Assembly (NCBI GenBank): GCA_964552515.1
Contig: CAZKIN010000009.1
Location: forward strand, 1-35,224
Source of the DNA: an uncultured Phycisphaeraceae bacterium
GTDB lineage: Bacteria; Planctomycetota; Phycisphaerae; UBA1845
Direction: 5' to 3'
DNA: 35,224 bases
Under the pieces are notes generated by a model. That model was not told the origin of the DNA. It saw only the letters and a program-made list of their open reading frames with translations, and made no database searches. Numbering within the stretch: position 1 is the stretch's first letter; the number at the start of each line of letters is the position of its first letter. A program made the position numbers and the translations under genes. This document shows positions 1 through 8,604 of the stretch, one piece after another.

Positions 1-2
1 GC

Positions 3-731
3 GAATCCGTCAACTTCTCCGGCGTAACTGATTGCTACCAACCGCTCGAAGCGTCGTACGGAATCACGCGGGAATGCCTGGAAATATGCCTGGAATTCCG
101 CAATCCCGCAACCGTGGTGACCAAGGGTTGTCTCGTTGCGCGCGATGCCGATCTGCTTGCGAAGCTAAACACCGTCGCCCGCGCGCGCGTCTGGATCAGT
201 GTCCCCTTTGCCGATGCCGAATCGTGCGCGCTGATTGAACCGCAGGCCCCGCATCCGCTGCGCCGCATTGAAACTATCCGCCGACTGACCGACGCCGGAG
301 TGCCCACCGGTGTCATGGTCGCGCCGATCATTCCGGGTCTGAACGATCGCGATATCCCGTGGATTCTGCAGCACGCCGCCCAGGCCGGCGCGACTTCCGC
401 CTGCTTCACCGCGCTGCGCCTGCCGGGCAACGTGCGCGAAGTTTTCGTCAAGCGACTCGCTGAAGTCATGCCGCTCCGCGCCAACAAAATTCTTAATCGT
501 CAGCGCGACACCCACGGCGGGCAGCTTAACCGCAGCGCCTTCGGTCAACGCATGCGCGGCGACGGTCCCTACTGGGAAGCCATTAAGTCCCTGTTCGAAG
601 TTTCGCGCCTGCGTTACGGCCTCTCCGGCCCGCGTGAGGCATCAGCCATGACTGACTCACCACTGACACCGAATCCTCCCCCCACCCAACCCGATGACCC
701 GCAACTCCTCCTTGGTCTTAAACACACCTAG
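3..731 (+). CDS. radical SAM protein, COG1533/PA0069-like (5' end cut by window edge)
   Basis: The frame is open from the window start to TAG 729-731. The translation ESVNFSGVTDCYQPLE...VVTKGCLVARDADLL...VMVAPIIPGLNDRD fits the TDxYQPxE region and downstream part of SplB-like radical SAM proteins. The CxxxCxxC cluster would lie upstream of the window. Confidence 0.7.
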   Translation, partial: ESVNFSGVTDCYQPLEASYGITRECLEICLEFRNPATVVTKGCLVARDADLLAKLNTVARARVWISVPFADAESCALIEPQAPHPLRRIETIRRLTDAGVPTGVMVAPIIPGLNDRDIPWILQHAAQAGATSACFTALRLPGNVREVFVKRLAEVMPLRANKILNRQRDTHGGQLNRSAFGQRMRGDGPYWEAIKSLFEVSRLRYGLSGPREASAMTDSPLTPNPPPTQPDDPQLLLGLKHT

Positions 732-743
732 GTTTTGTCTAAA

Positions 744-975
744 TGTCGTTTGCTCGTAAGTGCTTGTAGATTAAGCGGTTACGTGCGAAATGGCGGTTTT
801 CAGGTTCTGGACAATCTAGAATCAAATCGGTGGGTTCCGCAGCTTGGTTCTGGCTTTTGGTGGCTGGCCAGTGTGCGCGTAAGTGCTGGAAAAATAGGCA
901 CTTGCAACGAAAAGCCAGAACCGACCAAACGACAAGCAAACGACATGGCGACAGGCAAACGACACGAATGGCGGT
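744..975. repeat. cluster of short direct and inverted repeats (candidate transposase-binding sites or phage end)
   Basis: TGTCGTTTGC at 744-753 is the reverse complement of CCAAACGACA 925-934, GCAAACGACA 936-945 and GCAAACGACA 955-964. A perfect 13-bp inverted repeat lies at 846-858/910-922. CGTAAGTGCT occurs at 755-764 and 878-887. GAAATGGCGGT and GAATGGCGGT occur near 787 and 965. Confidence 0.45.
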
Positions 976-1103
976 CAGTCGTTGCGGCGGCGAGGTCCGA
1001 TAAGTTGCGCGTCGCGGTGGTGTGAAAAGTCCTGGCGGCAGCCGATCGGGGCGGCGTCGAAGGGCGTTCGAAGTTGGTCCGCGACGCTATATACTCTTGC
1101 CTT

Positions 1104-1589
1104 ATGAACGAAAGTAAGCCGGCGGACAAGAGCTGTCTCAATTGCCATTTCTTGGCCGTTACCTTGGGTCCCTCGCAGGTACGAATGGGAGTGGGGATCG
1201 AAGAGCGAACGTGGCAGTTAACCGTAGAAAAAGAACGCCGTGAATCGATTACCCAAACGGGATTCCATGAGTGGGCGCGCAGGGAGAAGAACTTAAGGTG
1301 CCACCAGGGTGTCTGGGAGGAAAGCCGATTTTTTGAAAAGCCACAAATAAGCTGTTCAGAGTTTTTCAAGGACCGAGAGGATACTTGCTTCTTTTTTCCA
1401 TTCAAACCTGGGATGGAGCTTTCAACGGCCGCCGAACTTGAACGCCGCGAAGAAGTCCAAATCCAAGCACATTTGGATCGCGAGCATGGAATCACGCTTG
1501 CGGGGATTGGACTGATCGGCGCAATTGCTGCCGGCGTCATTACGGCAGTGATAACATGGTTCCTCACAAGACCACCGCCTCCCGTGTGA
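1104..1589 (+). CDS. hypothetical Cys/His-rich protein with C-terminal transmembrane helix
   Basis: ATG at 1104 (the ORF track start at 1074 is TTG). The composition is protein-like, with CLNCH and CHQG motifs and a C-terminal ITLAGIGLIGAIAAGVITAVITWFL segment. The region is AT-richer than its surroundings. Confidence 0.5.
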   Translation: MNESKPADKSCLNCHFLAVTLGPSQVRMGVGIEERTWQLTVEKERRESITQTGFHEWARREKNLRCHQGVWEESRFFEKPQISCSEFFKDREDTCFFFPFKPGMELSTAAELERREEVQIQAHLDREHGITLAGIGLIGAIAAGVITAVITWFLTRPPPPV

Positions 1590-2796
1590 TTGAGTCAGTC
1601 ACCTGGCCGAGGGTCGTGCTCCGCGTTCTCCACTCCATGCGAATCGCGGCCAGGAGGAGGTTGGCCTGCCACTTCGCGAGCTGCTGCGGGGTCACATGGG
1701 GATGATCCTTATGCCAGGCGTCCAGTTTGAACCGGATGTTATTTCGGGCCGATTCGGGAACTGAGTCCCACCAGATGTTTATCGTCGCAGCGACCTGCTC
1801 GGCTGCACCGCCGGCGGCTCCGGTTTTCACCGCTGCCAGGATCATCCGGGTCTTCGCGTCGTCGAGAGTCTTCAGCCATTCGGTCAGCGTGGTCGGCGCG
1901 CCCACCATGTTGCCGACGTCGGCAACATGGTTCGGGGCGCGGCGGTTGCTGGACCAGCGGGCCTCGCGGCTGCGCGTGCGGGCGTCGGGTACTGCCGATG
2001 GCAGTACTGTTTCGGTGGTTTGGAGTGCCACCGGTTTCGCGCCACCAAGTGCAACGGGAAGCGAGCCCGGCTGCAGATCGTGCGTGTAATTCTTGCCCGC
2101 GTTTTCGTCGCGGCGAGCAGCCCAGGTGAGGCACTTGGTGAAGTCATGATCCGCCCAGCGCTGGAAACTCTTGAACGGATATTTCGAACGGTCGCAGCGG
2201 TAACTGTAATACGCGTCGATCGCGGCGATCACGTCCAGGAGCTTGGGGTTCTTCGCTTCGCGGTGCGCGCGGATCAGGCCGGGGATGGTGCGCGTCAACA
2301 GACCAGCCGCCTGGTTAATCAGTGGACCGTTGATTGTCTCGATGCCGCCGATGCGAAACGCCCACCATGCGACAATGATGCACGCATCACGAGCGACGGC
2401 GGGATCAAGGTGCACCGTCGATCGAGGACGCGAAGTGTAGCGATCCTTGAGTCCCTCAGCACCGTCCAGTTCGAAACTCGTGCACCAATTGCGGGCGCTG
2501 GACAGCGAACACTGAAGCTCCTCCGCAACCTCTTTGTACAGGCTGGTGTCAGCTGTGTCCGGAGCTTCACGGCGCAGCTTGCGGAAGAGTTCGACCGCAG
2601 CCAGGCGGCGCTGCATGGTGGGATCGGATGAAGTGGGAAGCGGGCCGGCAACCGGCGCGCGGCGGTAGTCGATCGTGACCTCGGTGCGCCCGCCGGCACC
2701 AGGATATGGAAAGCGCGCAGAGCCGATAATCTCGTCGCCTTTGCGGCCGGCGGAAAATCGAATGCGTTCGAATTCAAAAGTTGCTTCGGCTTCCAT
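1564..2796 (-). CDS. hypothetical protein (410 aa) with a possible HTH segment
   Basis: A long ORF with GC3-rich codons. The stretch LYKEVAEELQCSLSSARNWC looks HTH-like. I recognise no family. Confidence 0.6.
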   Translation of the reverse strand: MEAEATFEFERIRFSAGRKGDEIIGSARFPYPGAGGRTEVTIDYRRAPVAGPLPTSSDPTMQRRLAAVELFRKLRREAPDTADTSLYKEVAEELQCSLSSARNWCTSFELDGAEGLKDRYTSRPRSTVHLDPAVARDACIIVAWWAFRIGGIETINGPLINQAAGLLTRTIPGLIRAHREAKNPKLLDVIAAIDAYYSYRCDRSKYPFKSFQRWADHDFTKCLTWAARRDENAGKNYTHDLQPGSLPVALGGAKPVALQTTETVLPSAVPDARTRSREARWSSNRRAPNHVADVGNMVGAPTTLTEWLKTLDDAKTRMILAAVKTGAAGGAAEQVAATINIWWDSVPESARNNIRFKLDAWHKDHPHVTPQQLAKWQANLLLAAIRMEWRTRSTTLGQVTDSITREAVVL

Positions 2797-2944
2797 GATA
2801 TCTCACACTTTCGATACGCCCAAGAAGGCCATCCTCTCTTTGACCCCGGGGAGGAGAGCACCTCGCCTTTTTGCGTACGTCCATACCGTAGTCCCGAAGC
2901 GCCTTACCAGCGCCGAGGCGTTTTTTGTAGGGAGGACTCAGCCC

Positions 2945-3139
2945 ATGCCGTTCACCAAGCTCTATTCTCTGGACATCCAGGGCAAGATGCATACGGTGCG
3001 CGTGGTCACCCCGGAGTACCGACCGATGCGCGCGGCGGACACCTCGGTCCGCGTCGTCGACGTCGTGGACATCCACAGCGGCGTGCACGTCTACGGCGTT
3101 CAGCCCTGCGACCTCAGCCCGAAACCCGCCGATAACTGA
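2945..3139 (+). CDS. hypothetical small protein (64 aa)
   Basis: ATG at 2945 is preceded by GGGAGG at about 2928-2933. The longer ORF-track start at 2675 would overlap the divergent gene 1564..2796. Confidence 0.4.
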   Translation: MPFTKLYSLDIQGKMHTVRVVTPEYRPMRAADTSVRVVDVVDIHSGVHVYGVQPCDLSPKPADN

Positions 3140-3163
3140 CCACACCGCGTCCTCTTTCTTCCG

Positions 3164-3499
3164 TTACGTTGCGTTGCCCGAGACGAATGCTGTCTCCACG
3201 TCGTTCGCTCTCCGGGAAAATGTCATCACCCAAAAAGGTCCGGTGGGTTCGCCGTTGCTGATCGGCCACGATCTGCGAATTTCCGACACGGGCAGCGCAT
3301 GCTCTTGCGCGATGTGCAGTGCCTTCCATCCGACACCAAGCTCGCCGTGGAACCGAATTGTCGGCTCCAGAAACGCGTGCCCTTTTCCGCCTTCGCACGA
3401 CTCGAAGGTCTCGATGCCGCCATTGCGGAGAATCATCACGAACGGCATGATTCCACGGTCGAGTACCTTTGCGATTGCCAACTCTTCTCTTTTGCTCAT
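3164..3499 (-). CDS. hypothetical protein (111 aa), last gene of the early arm
   Basis: An ORF in the same orientation as the early operon. No recognisable motif. Confidence 0.5.
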   Translation of the reverse strand: MSKREELAIAKVLDRGIMPFVMILRNGGIETFESCEGGKGHAFLEPTIRFHGELGVGWKALHIAQEHALPVSEIRRSWPISNGEPTGPFWVMTFSRRANDVETAFVSGNAT

Positions 3500-3514
3500 G
3501 CCCGTCCGCTCCGT

Positions 3515-3700
3515 TCACCGACTAAGTATCCAAAACAATGTCCCCGCCAAACCACCAAAGATCAGCAGCGGAACAAGCGGTCCCAAGCATTCCGCCAATG
3601 CCCACAGGTCCACAGTCAGGCGATTGCCGCAATGGGCACAATGCCGCTGCCGATGGTCGTAGTCCGTTTTCTTGCATCGCCAGCACTCTCGAATCCTCAT
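3515..3700 (-). CDS. small zinc-ribbon protein with C-terminal TM helix
   Basis: CWRC...HCAHC cysteine pairs are followed by the hydrophobic stretch LGPLVPLLIFGGLAGTLFWIL. Confidence 0.45.
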   Translation of the reverse strand: MRIRECWRCKKTDYDHRQRHCAHCGNRLTVDLWALAECLGPLVPLLIFGGLAGTLFWILSR

Positions 3701-3885
3701 AGTGCAACGTCCGCTAATAACTCTTACGCTGCGCTGCCTTCAGTGCCACCGCGCATTCACCGATAACCCTTGCGTCCTCCGGGCACGCGGTCGTGGCGAC
3801 CTGACACGGAGGATCACGCCTCCGAATACGATTGGTGCTTAGTGACCGCCCTGGTGCTGCGTGCCGGCATCAGGGCGGTATCTTT

Positions 3886-4149
3886 TCAACTCGCGGCCGC
3901 TTCGGGCACGGGCTCCCACGCGTGCGCGAAGGTGTCAGCGGCGACGACCTTGCCACGATCCTCCTGGCCCCAGACCGCGACAACCCAGTCGCCGGGCAGA
4001 ACCTGGCACTGGCTTCCGTGCTCGGTGGTGACGTAGAAACGATCAGAATTCACGCTCTTGTGCACCAGCGGGTTGGGAACGTGGTTCAATTCGCCGGGCG
4101 GGAACCACTGCGATGCCTCCAAAGCGTCTGTTTTCTTACGATATTTCAT
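3886..4149 (-). CDS. hypothetical phage protein (87 aa)
   Basis: The ORF is coupled to the upstream gene by a 4-nt overlap at 4146-4149. The GDWVV motif is common in small phage proteins. Confidence 0.5.
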   Translation of the reverse strand: MKYRKKTDALEASQWFPPGELNHVPNPLVHKSVNSDRFYVTTEHGSQCQVLPGDWVVAVWGQEDRGKVVAADTFAHAWEPVPEAAAS

Positions 4150-4445
4150 GGGGTTTTATCCTCGAAAAAAAGTTGGTATCGTGTCTCCATGGCCCATCCG
4201 GCGTTCGGAAGGTCCGAGGCCTGGAATGCTTCTTCGGCGGCGCAAAGACATCGCTCCGCAGTTTCAATCTCGGTGTCAATCAATGCGGAACCGCACGCCT
4301 GAATCCACGCGTCATCTCGATCTGCAATCGCCTTTTCATGGGCGCGGCGAACATCGCGGGCGGCGGACAGACCCGCGCCAAGACCAAAGATCGCACCCAG
4401 CACAAATCCCGCCAGCAAATTAAGTGTGCCATTGCGATACATCAT
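4146..4445 (-). CDS. small membrane protein
   Basis: Its ATG at 4445-4443 overlaps the recQ stop TGA at 4444-4442 (ATGA coupling). It has an N-terminal TM segment LNLLAGFVLGAIFGLGAGL. Confidence 0.5.
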   Translation of the reverse strand: MMYRNGTLNLLAGFVLGAIFGLGAGLSAARDVRRAHEKAIADRDDAWIQACGSALIDTEIETAERCLCAAEEAFQASDLPNAGWAMETRYQLFFEDKTP

Positions 4446-5824
4446 GAGCCTCCGTGTGCCAAGCAAACGTCACAATTCATACACTTCCCCGGATGCTCCT
4501 GGCCGAAATAGTCGAGCAGGCACTGACGGCGGCATTCGATTACCTCGGTTTCCGTGCACCACCATTCCATTAGGTACAGACGATCGAAGCGTGGGTCCTT
4601 GAATGCATTTCCTTCAGGCAATCCCAGGCCTGGCCAGATGATTTCGCCCCAGGCGTCGTAGTCCTCGGGCGAAAAAAACAGCACGCACTCGGCCGGTTTG
4701 CCGTCGCGGCCGGCGCGGCCCACCTCCTGGTGATACACTTCCAGCGATGAAGGCATGCCCGCGTGCAGCACGAAGCGTACGTCGGGCTTGTCGATGCCCA
4801 TGCCGAAGGCAATGGTGGCCACGATCACGTCGAGCATGCCCGCCATGAAACAATCCTGCACCGAGTCACGTTCGTCGGCGGTCATGCCCGCGTGATAGGG
4901 AGCGGCCCGGAAGCCGTGCTCTGCTTTGCGGTCCTGCAGCATGTGTGCGACGCGTTCGGTCTCGGCCCGCGTGATGCAATAGATGATGCCCGATGGACAG
5001 GCAGCCGGGAGGGACGCAGAGCCGTGGCGGCACAACGGCAAGAAGCACCGAAGTTGTTCGACAAGCTGCGCGTCGATGTCCAAGCGTTCGACCACGAAAT
5101 AGTTCAGGTTGGGTCGGTCGAAATCGCCCACAAAAATAGCCGGATCACGCAGGCCCAGCGAGGCCGCAATCTCTTCACGCGCGGCGGGCGTTGCTGTCGC
5201 GGTGAAGGCGCTCACCACCAGGTCGGGCTTGGTCTTCCGCAGCGCCGCGATGTAGGGTCCGAGGTCGCGATACGCTTTGCGAAACGGCGGCGCACCTTCG
5301 CTACCGTGGCTCTCGCCCCACTCCGTGACGCAGTGCGCTTCGTCCACCACGATGGTGGCGAGCTTCACCCTGCCCGACAGCCAGGTGAAGAAACGCGGGC
5401 TAACGAAACGCTCCGGAGAAACATAGAGCAGTGGCAATTGGCCCTGCTCGGCGAGCGTCATGTAGATCTGTTCATCGGTGGGATGCGTCTCGCAATTGAT
5501 GCAGGCGGCGAGCTTCGCGTCCTTCGGAAACAGCGGCGCACGCGGGCGCTGCGCGTTGATGCGATCAACCTGATCCTTCATCAAGGAAATCAGCGGCGTG
5601 ATGACCAGTGTCAACGCTCTGGCACGCAAGGCAGGTGCCTGAAAACAAAGCGTCTTTCCACAACCGGTGCCCATGACGCAGAGCTGGTCGCGGCCGTGGA
5701 TGCGTGCCTCGATCGACTCACGCTGGAGCGGACGCAGTGACGCAAAATTCCAATCGGCGAGGATGGAGGACATCACGTCGGCATCCTCGTCCAGGCGGCG
5801 CGGGGTTTTGGTTGCGGTGCTCAT
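4442..5824 (-). CDS. recQ: RecQ-family ATP-dependent DNA helicase (short form: helicase core plus Zn-binding module)
   Basis: Walker A region MGTGCGKTLCFQ, DEAH box VVDEAHCV, FTATA, motif VI QEVGRAGRDG, and the C-terminal RecQ-type Cys cluster CRRQCLLDYFGQ...KCMNCDVC. Confidence 0.9.
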   Translation of the reverse strand: MSTATKTPRRLDEDADVMSSILADWNFASLRPLQRESIEARIHGRDQLCVMGTGCGKTLCFQAPALRARALTLVITPLISLMKDQVDRINAQRPRAPLFPKDAKLAACINCETHPTDEQIYMTLAEQGQLPLLYVSPERFVSPRFFTWLSGRVKLATIVVDEAHCVTEWGESHGSEGAPPFRKAYRDLGPYIAALRKTKPDLVVSAFTATATPAAREEIAASLGLRDPAIFVGDFDRPNLNYFVVERLDIDAQLVEQLRCFLPLCRHGSASLPAACPSGIIYCITRAETERVAHMLQDRKAEHGFRAAPYHAGMTADERDSVQDCFMAGMLDVIVATIAFGMGIDKPDVRFVLHAGMPSSLEVYHQEVGRAGRDGKPAECVLFFSPEDYDAWGEIIWPGLGLPEGNAFKDPRFDRLYLMEWWCTETEVIECRRQCLLDYFGQEHPGKCMNCDVCLAHGGS

Positions 5825-6681
5825 TTCGCCTGCCTCAAAACAGTGGTCAGATCATCTGTTGTCTGGTCGGTGTAGACCCACACTTCGCGGCCTGCGGAAT
5901 TGGCGATGCGCGAATCGTTGATGCTGTAGGTCTGGTATTCAAACGACGCCCCGTTCATTGCAATCACTCGATCGTCCGACGAGACGTAGAACGCCTCCAT
6001 CTTCACGCGGTCCATTGCAAACGACGCGGGGATATTGCCCTTGCCCTGGGCGTCCACCACGGTCAGCGGCACGGTCGGCTGCCATGCGGCCGTGCTGCCC
6101 CTGGGGCGCTTGGTCGGGTAGCGGAAAAACCAGCCGATCAACACCGTCGCCAGCGGGTCCATCGCATAGGAAAGCTTGCCCGCATTGGTACTCATGTGCG
6201 GCATGCCGAAATGGGCCATCACGCCAGTTTGTGCTACCGCCTTGGCATAGAATTCGCTGCGCAGCATGTCGATCACTTCAGGAGCCCAGCCGACAGGCTC
6301 GCACTTCTTCCAGGGCGTGCCGTCGTAACTCTCCGCGTCCAGGCACCAGCGAAGCCCAGGGAAATTCGCGGTGAGCCACTTGGCAATGGCTTCCAGCCGC
6401 GCGGCCAGCGCGGCGAGCGACAGGTGGGCCATGGGGTATAGGTTGCTGGGCGGATAAAGCCGGACGGTGATGATGACTTCGACGCCGGCCTGCTTCATGT
6501 TGTCGATGAAGCGCCATAGCGCCGGGTCGATAAAAGCAGGCAAGTCCATGAAGCGCACGAACACGCGGCCCTTGCCGTCGGCGTCCCTGCACCAGTCAAT
6601 GATCGCGTCGGAGTACTCCCATAGGTCGTTGGCCCCAAACTTGTGGAGGACTACTTCTTCGCCGGTGAATACGTTCCTCAC
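5821..6681 (-). CDS. hypothetical protein (286 aa), coupled to recQ
   Basis: Its stop overlaps the recQ start by 4 nt (5821-5824). The alternating beta/alpha-like pattern (GVEVIITVRLYPP, LRWCLDAESYDG) is the only hint of a fold. Confidence 0.6.
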   Translation of the reverse strand: MRNVFTGEEVVLHKFGANDLWEYSDAIIDWCRDADGKGRVFVRFMDLPAFIDPALWRFIDNMKQAGVEVIITVRLYPPSNLYPMAHLSLAALAARLEAIAKWLTANFPGLRWCLDAESYDGTPWKKCEPVGWAPEVIDMLRSEFYAKAVAQTGVMAHFGMPHMSTNAGKLSYAMDPLATVLIGWFFRYPTKRPRGSTAAWQPTVPLTVVDAQGKGNIPASFAMDRVKMEAFYVSSDDRVIAMNGASFEYQTYSINDSRIANSAGREVWVYTDQTTDDLTTVLRQAK

Positions 6682-7133
6682 GATGCCTCCTTGCGATCAA
6701 GCATTTCTTTGAGCACGTGGATGACTTCACCCGCGCTGCGGGCGCTGGCGAGTTGCCGCACATCGCGGACTTTGAAAGTCTTCTCCAGCCAATTACGGAA
6801 ATGGTCTTCATCACCGAAGTGCTGGAGGCCGAGCCGTTCGATCTGCTGAATCAGCTGGGCACTTATCATGGGCAACACGCCAGGCGCTGTACGCCTGCGC
6901 GTGCGCGGGGCCTTGCCCGGTTCATTCGCCAGGTCTTCGCCGCTGATCCGCTTGATGCACTGGTGCGCGGCCGCGCGGCTGAGCCCCTTCAAAGAAATCA
7001 CGCCACAGGCTTCGCGCAAACCGGAAAGGTCCGCGCCGCGCACGAGCCCCCGTTCCTTGCCCGCGAGAACCAGCTTCTGCAGCTGGGCACGGGTGATCGA
7101 GCCGGGTTTGTCGTTGATCGAAATCTTCGGCAT
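6678..7133 (-). CDS. GemA/Mu gp16-like regulatory protein (DUF1018-like)
   Basis: Starting at the internal ATG 7133 leaves a 2-nt gap to the upstream gene's stop at 7136. There are two repeats of the pattern I(T/S)xAQLxxIxxLG...LSxxxAxxxIxxL, as in GemA-type proteins. Confidence 0.5.
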   Translation of the reverse strand: MPKISINDKPGSITRAQLQKLVLAGKERGLVRGADLSGLREACGVISLKGLSRAAAHQCIKRISGEDLANEPGKAPRTRRRTAPGVLPMISAQLIQQIERLGLQHFGDEDHFRNWLEKTFKVRDVRQLASARSAGEVIHVLKEMLDRKEAS

Positions 7134-7135
7134 TT

Positions 7136-7423
7136 TTAGTTCCCGCAATAACACCCGCGATGTTGCCACTGGGCCATGAACATCTCCGCCGGCATCCGGC
7201 AGCCGTCCTTGAGCAGCGCCGAACGCTCCTGAAACTGATCGCCGCTGTAGATGTCCGCCACCTTCAGGACCACGCCCTGCGGCCACTTCGCCAGGAACCC
7301 GTTCATGGATGGGTCCGGGTCCGCCAGGTCAATACTGCCCACGTCCTCCAGGCTTTCCGCCAGCCGGAGTTCGGCGAACATCGCGGAAATTTCCGCTGAC
7401 AGTTCTTTGTCAGATGCATTCAT
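7136..7423 (-). CDS. hypothetical protein (95 aa)
   Basis: An ORF packed tightly between the MuB-like and GemA-like genes. Confidence 0.5.
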   Translation of the reverse strand: MNASDKELSAEISAMFAELRLAESLEDVGSIDLADPDPSMNGFLAKWPQGVVLKVADIYSGDQFQERSALLKDGCRMPAEMFMAQWQHRGCYCGN

Positions 7424-7434
7424 GGACAGAGTCC

Positions 7435-8604
7435 TTATGCGAATTTGATTTCCGGTTCCGGTACCGCCACACCCCGCGCCCGCATTTCATCGCGAGCGAG
7501 TTCATCCTCGCGCGATTGCAGTTCCGCCACACGCAGCGATTCGGCGCGGATGGTGACCGTCGCCTCGGGGGCCAGCTTGCGCGCCGTGCGTTCCACCAGG
7601 ATCGCCCACTCATGCAGGTTGTCGCAGAGGCCCAGTGAGCCGCGCCCGAGATGGTTGGCGCAGTCCTGAAGATATCGCGCCGCGTCATCGGCGAGGCGTA
7701 CCTTCTCGGATTCATAAAGACCGCGAATGTCCGCGATGGTGAAGAGCGGCTTGCGCCCGCCGGGAACCTTGTCGCGGCCGTGCGTGAGGTCACAGAACCA
7801 ACCCACGCGGCGGTACAACTGCCCGTGGTTTTCGTCGATCGAATCCTTGATGCGCTGCGCGAGGTCAATCGTGGAAACCATCAGGATGGGCACCTGGCAT
7901 TCGTCGAAAATGTCGCGCACGAATTCCAGGGTGAGGTCGGGCAGGTTGTGCGCCTCGTCGATGATGATCAGGCGGTTGGAATCCTTAAGCTCCTCGACCA
8001 GCAATGTACCGATGGCGACATAGCCGCGTCCCGCCTTCTTCGACTTGCGACGCGTCACCCGCGCTTCCTTCGCCAGGGCGGTGCGGAAGTCCCGCCAGCC
8101 GCGGTTCTCACGCGTGACGCGGATGTACACGCTGCCGGGATACTTCTCGGAAACCACCAGTGATACCATGCTCTTTCCGATGCCGGTCGGTCCGTAGGCC
8201 ACGGTGATCATCTTGCGCTTGACCGCTTCATCGGCGCAGTTTTTCAGCCGCCGCGCGACGATAGTTTCGACGTACTTGCGCTGCGGGCGCATGCGGCGTC
8301 GCCGGGCGTCAATCTCCAGCCAGTCGTTAAGCGTGCGGATGTGCTCGTCGATCTTGGTGGGATGGTCGTACGTGCCCGCGAGAATGGCGCTGACGTTGCC
8401 GTCGCCGCCGATCTCCGGGCACTGCTTGGCCAGGCTCTTCTGCCGGATGTCATACTTCGTGAGGTGCTCATTGACCGCGCGCAAAACGTCGGCGCGCTGG
8501 TCAGCCGTCAGTGGTCCATCGGGTGGAAGCATCCTTGCCGCCAGGAGTCTGCGCGACTCCTGCTCCATTTTTTGGTGTAAATCGCGATCAACCCAGAAGG
8601 TCAT
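7435..8604 (-). CDS. MuB-like AAA+ ATPase (DNA transposition helper protein)
   Basis: Walker A AYGPTGIGKS and Walker B LIIIDEAHNL, with an N-terminal HTH-like region. It lies immediately downstream of the transposase and overlaps it. Confidence 0.85.
   Translation of the reverse strand: MTFWVDRDLHQKMEQESRRLLAARMLPPDGPLTADQRADVLRAVNEHLTKYDIRQKSLAKQCPEIGGDGNVSAILAGTYDHPTKIDEHIRTLNDWLEIDARRRRMRPQRKYVETIVARRLKNCADEAVKRKMITVAYGPTGIGKSMVSLVVSEKYPGSVYIRVTRENRGWRDFRTALAKEARVTRRKSKKAGRGYVAIGTLLVEELKDSNRLIIIDEAHNLPDLTLEFVRDIFDECQVPILMVSTIDLAQRIKDSIDENHGQLYRRVGWFCDLTHGRDKVPGGRKPLFTIADIRGLYESEKVRLADDAARYLQDCANHLGRGSLGLCDNLHEWAILVERTARKLAPEATVTIRAESLRVAELQSREDELARDEMRARGVAVPEPEIKFA

Noticed and set aside
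800-1567. 255-aa minus-strand ORF and 96-aa plus-strand ORF (735..1025) across the repeat region
   Set aside because: The translations are Ser/Arg-rich and non-protein-like. The 255-aa ORF is antisense to the more protein-like 1104..1589. The 735-1070 stretch is better explained by the nucleotide repeats.
5821-6681. The 286-aa protein as the missing endolysin or glycosidase
   Set aside because: The only support is a vague alternating beta/alpha impression. No catalytic motif is recognisable, and the gene lies in the early arm coupled to recQ.
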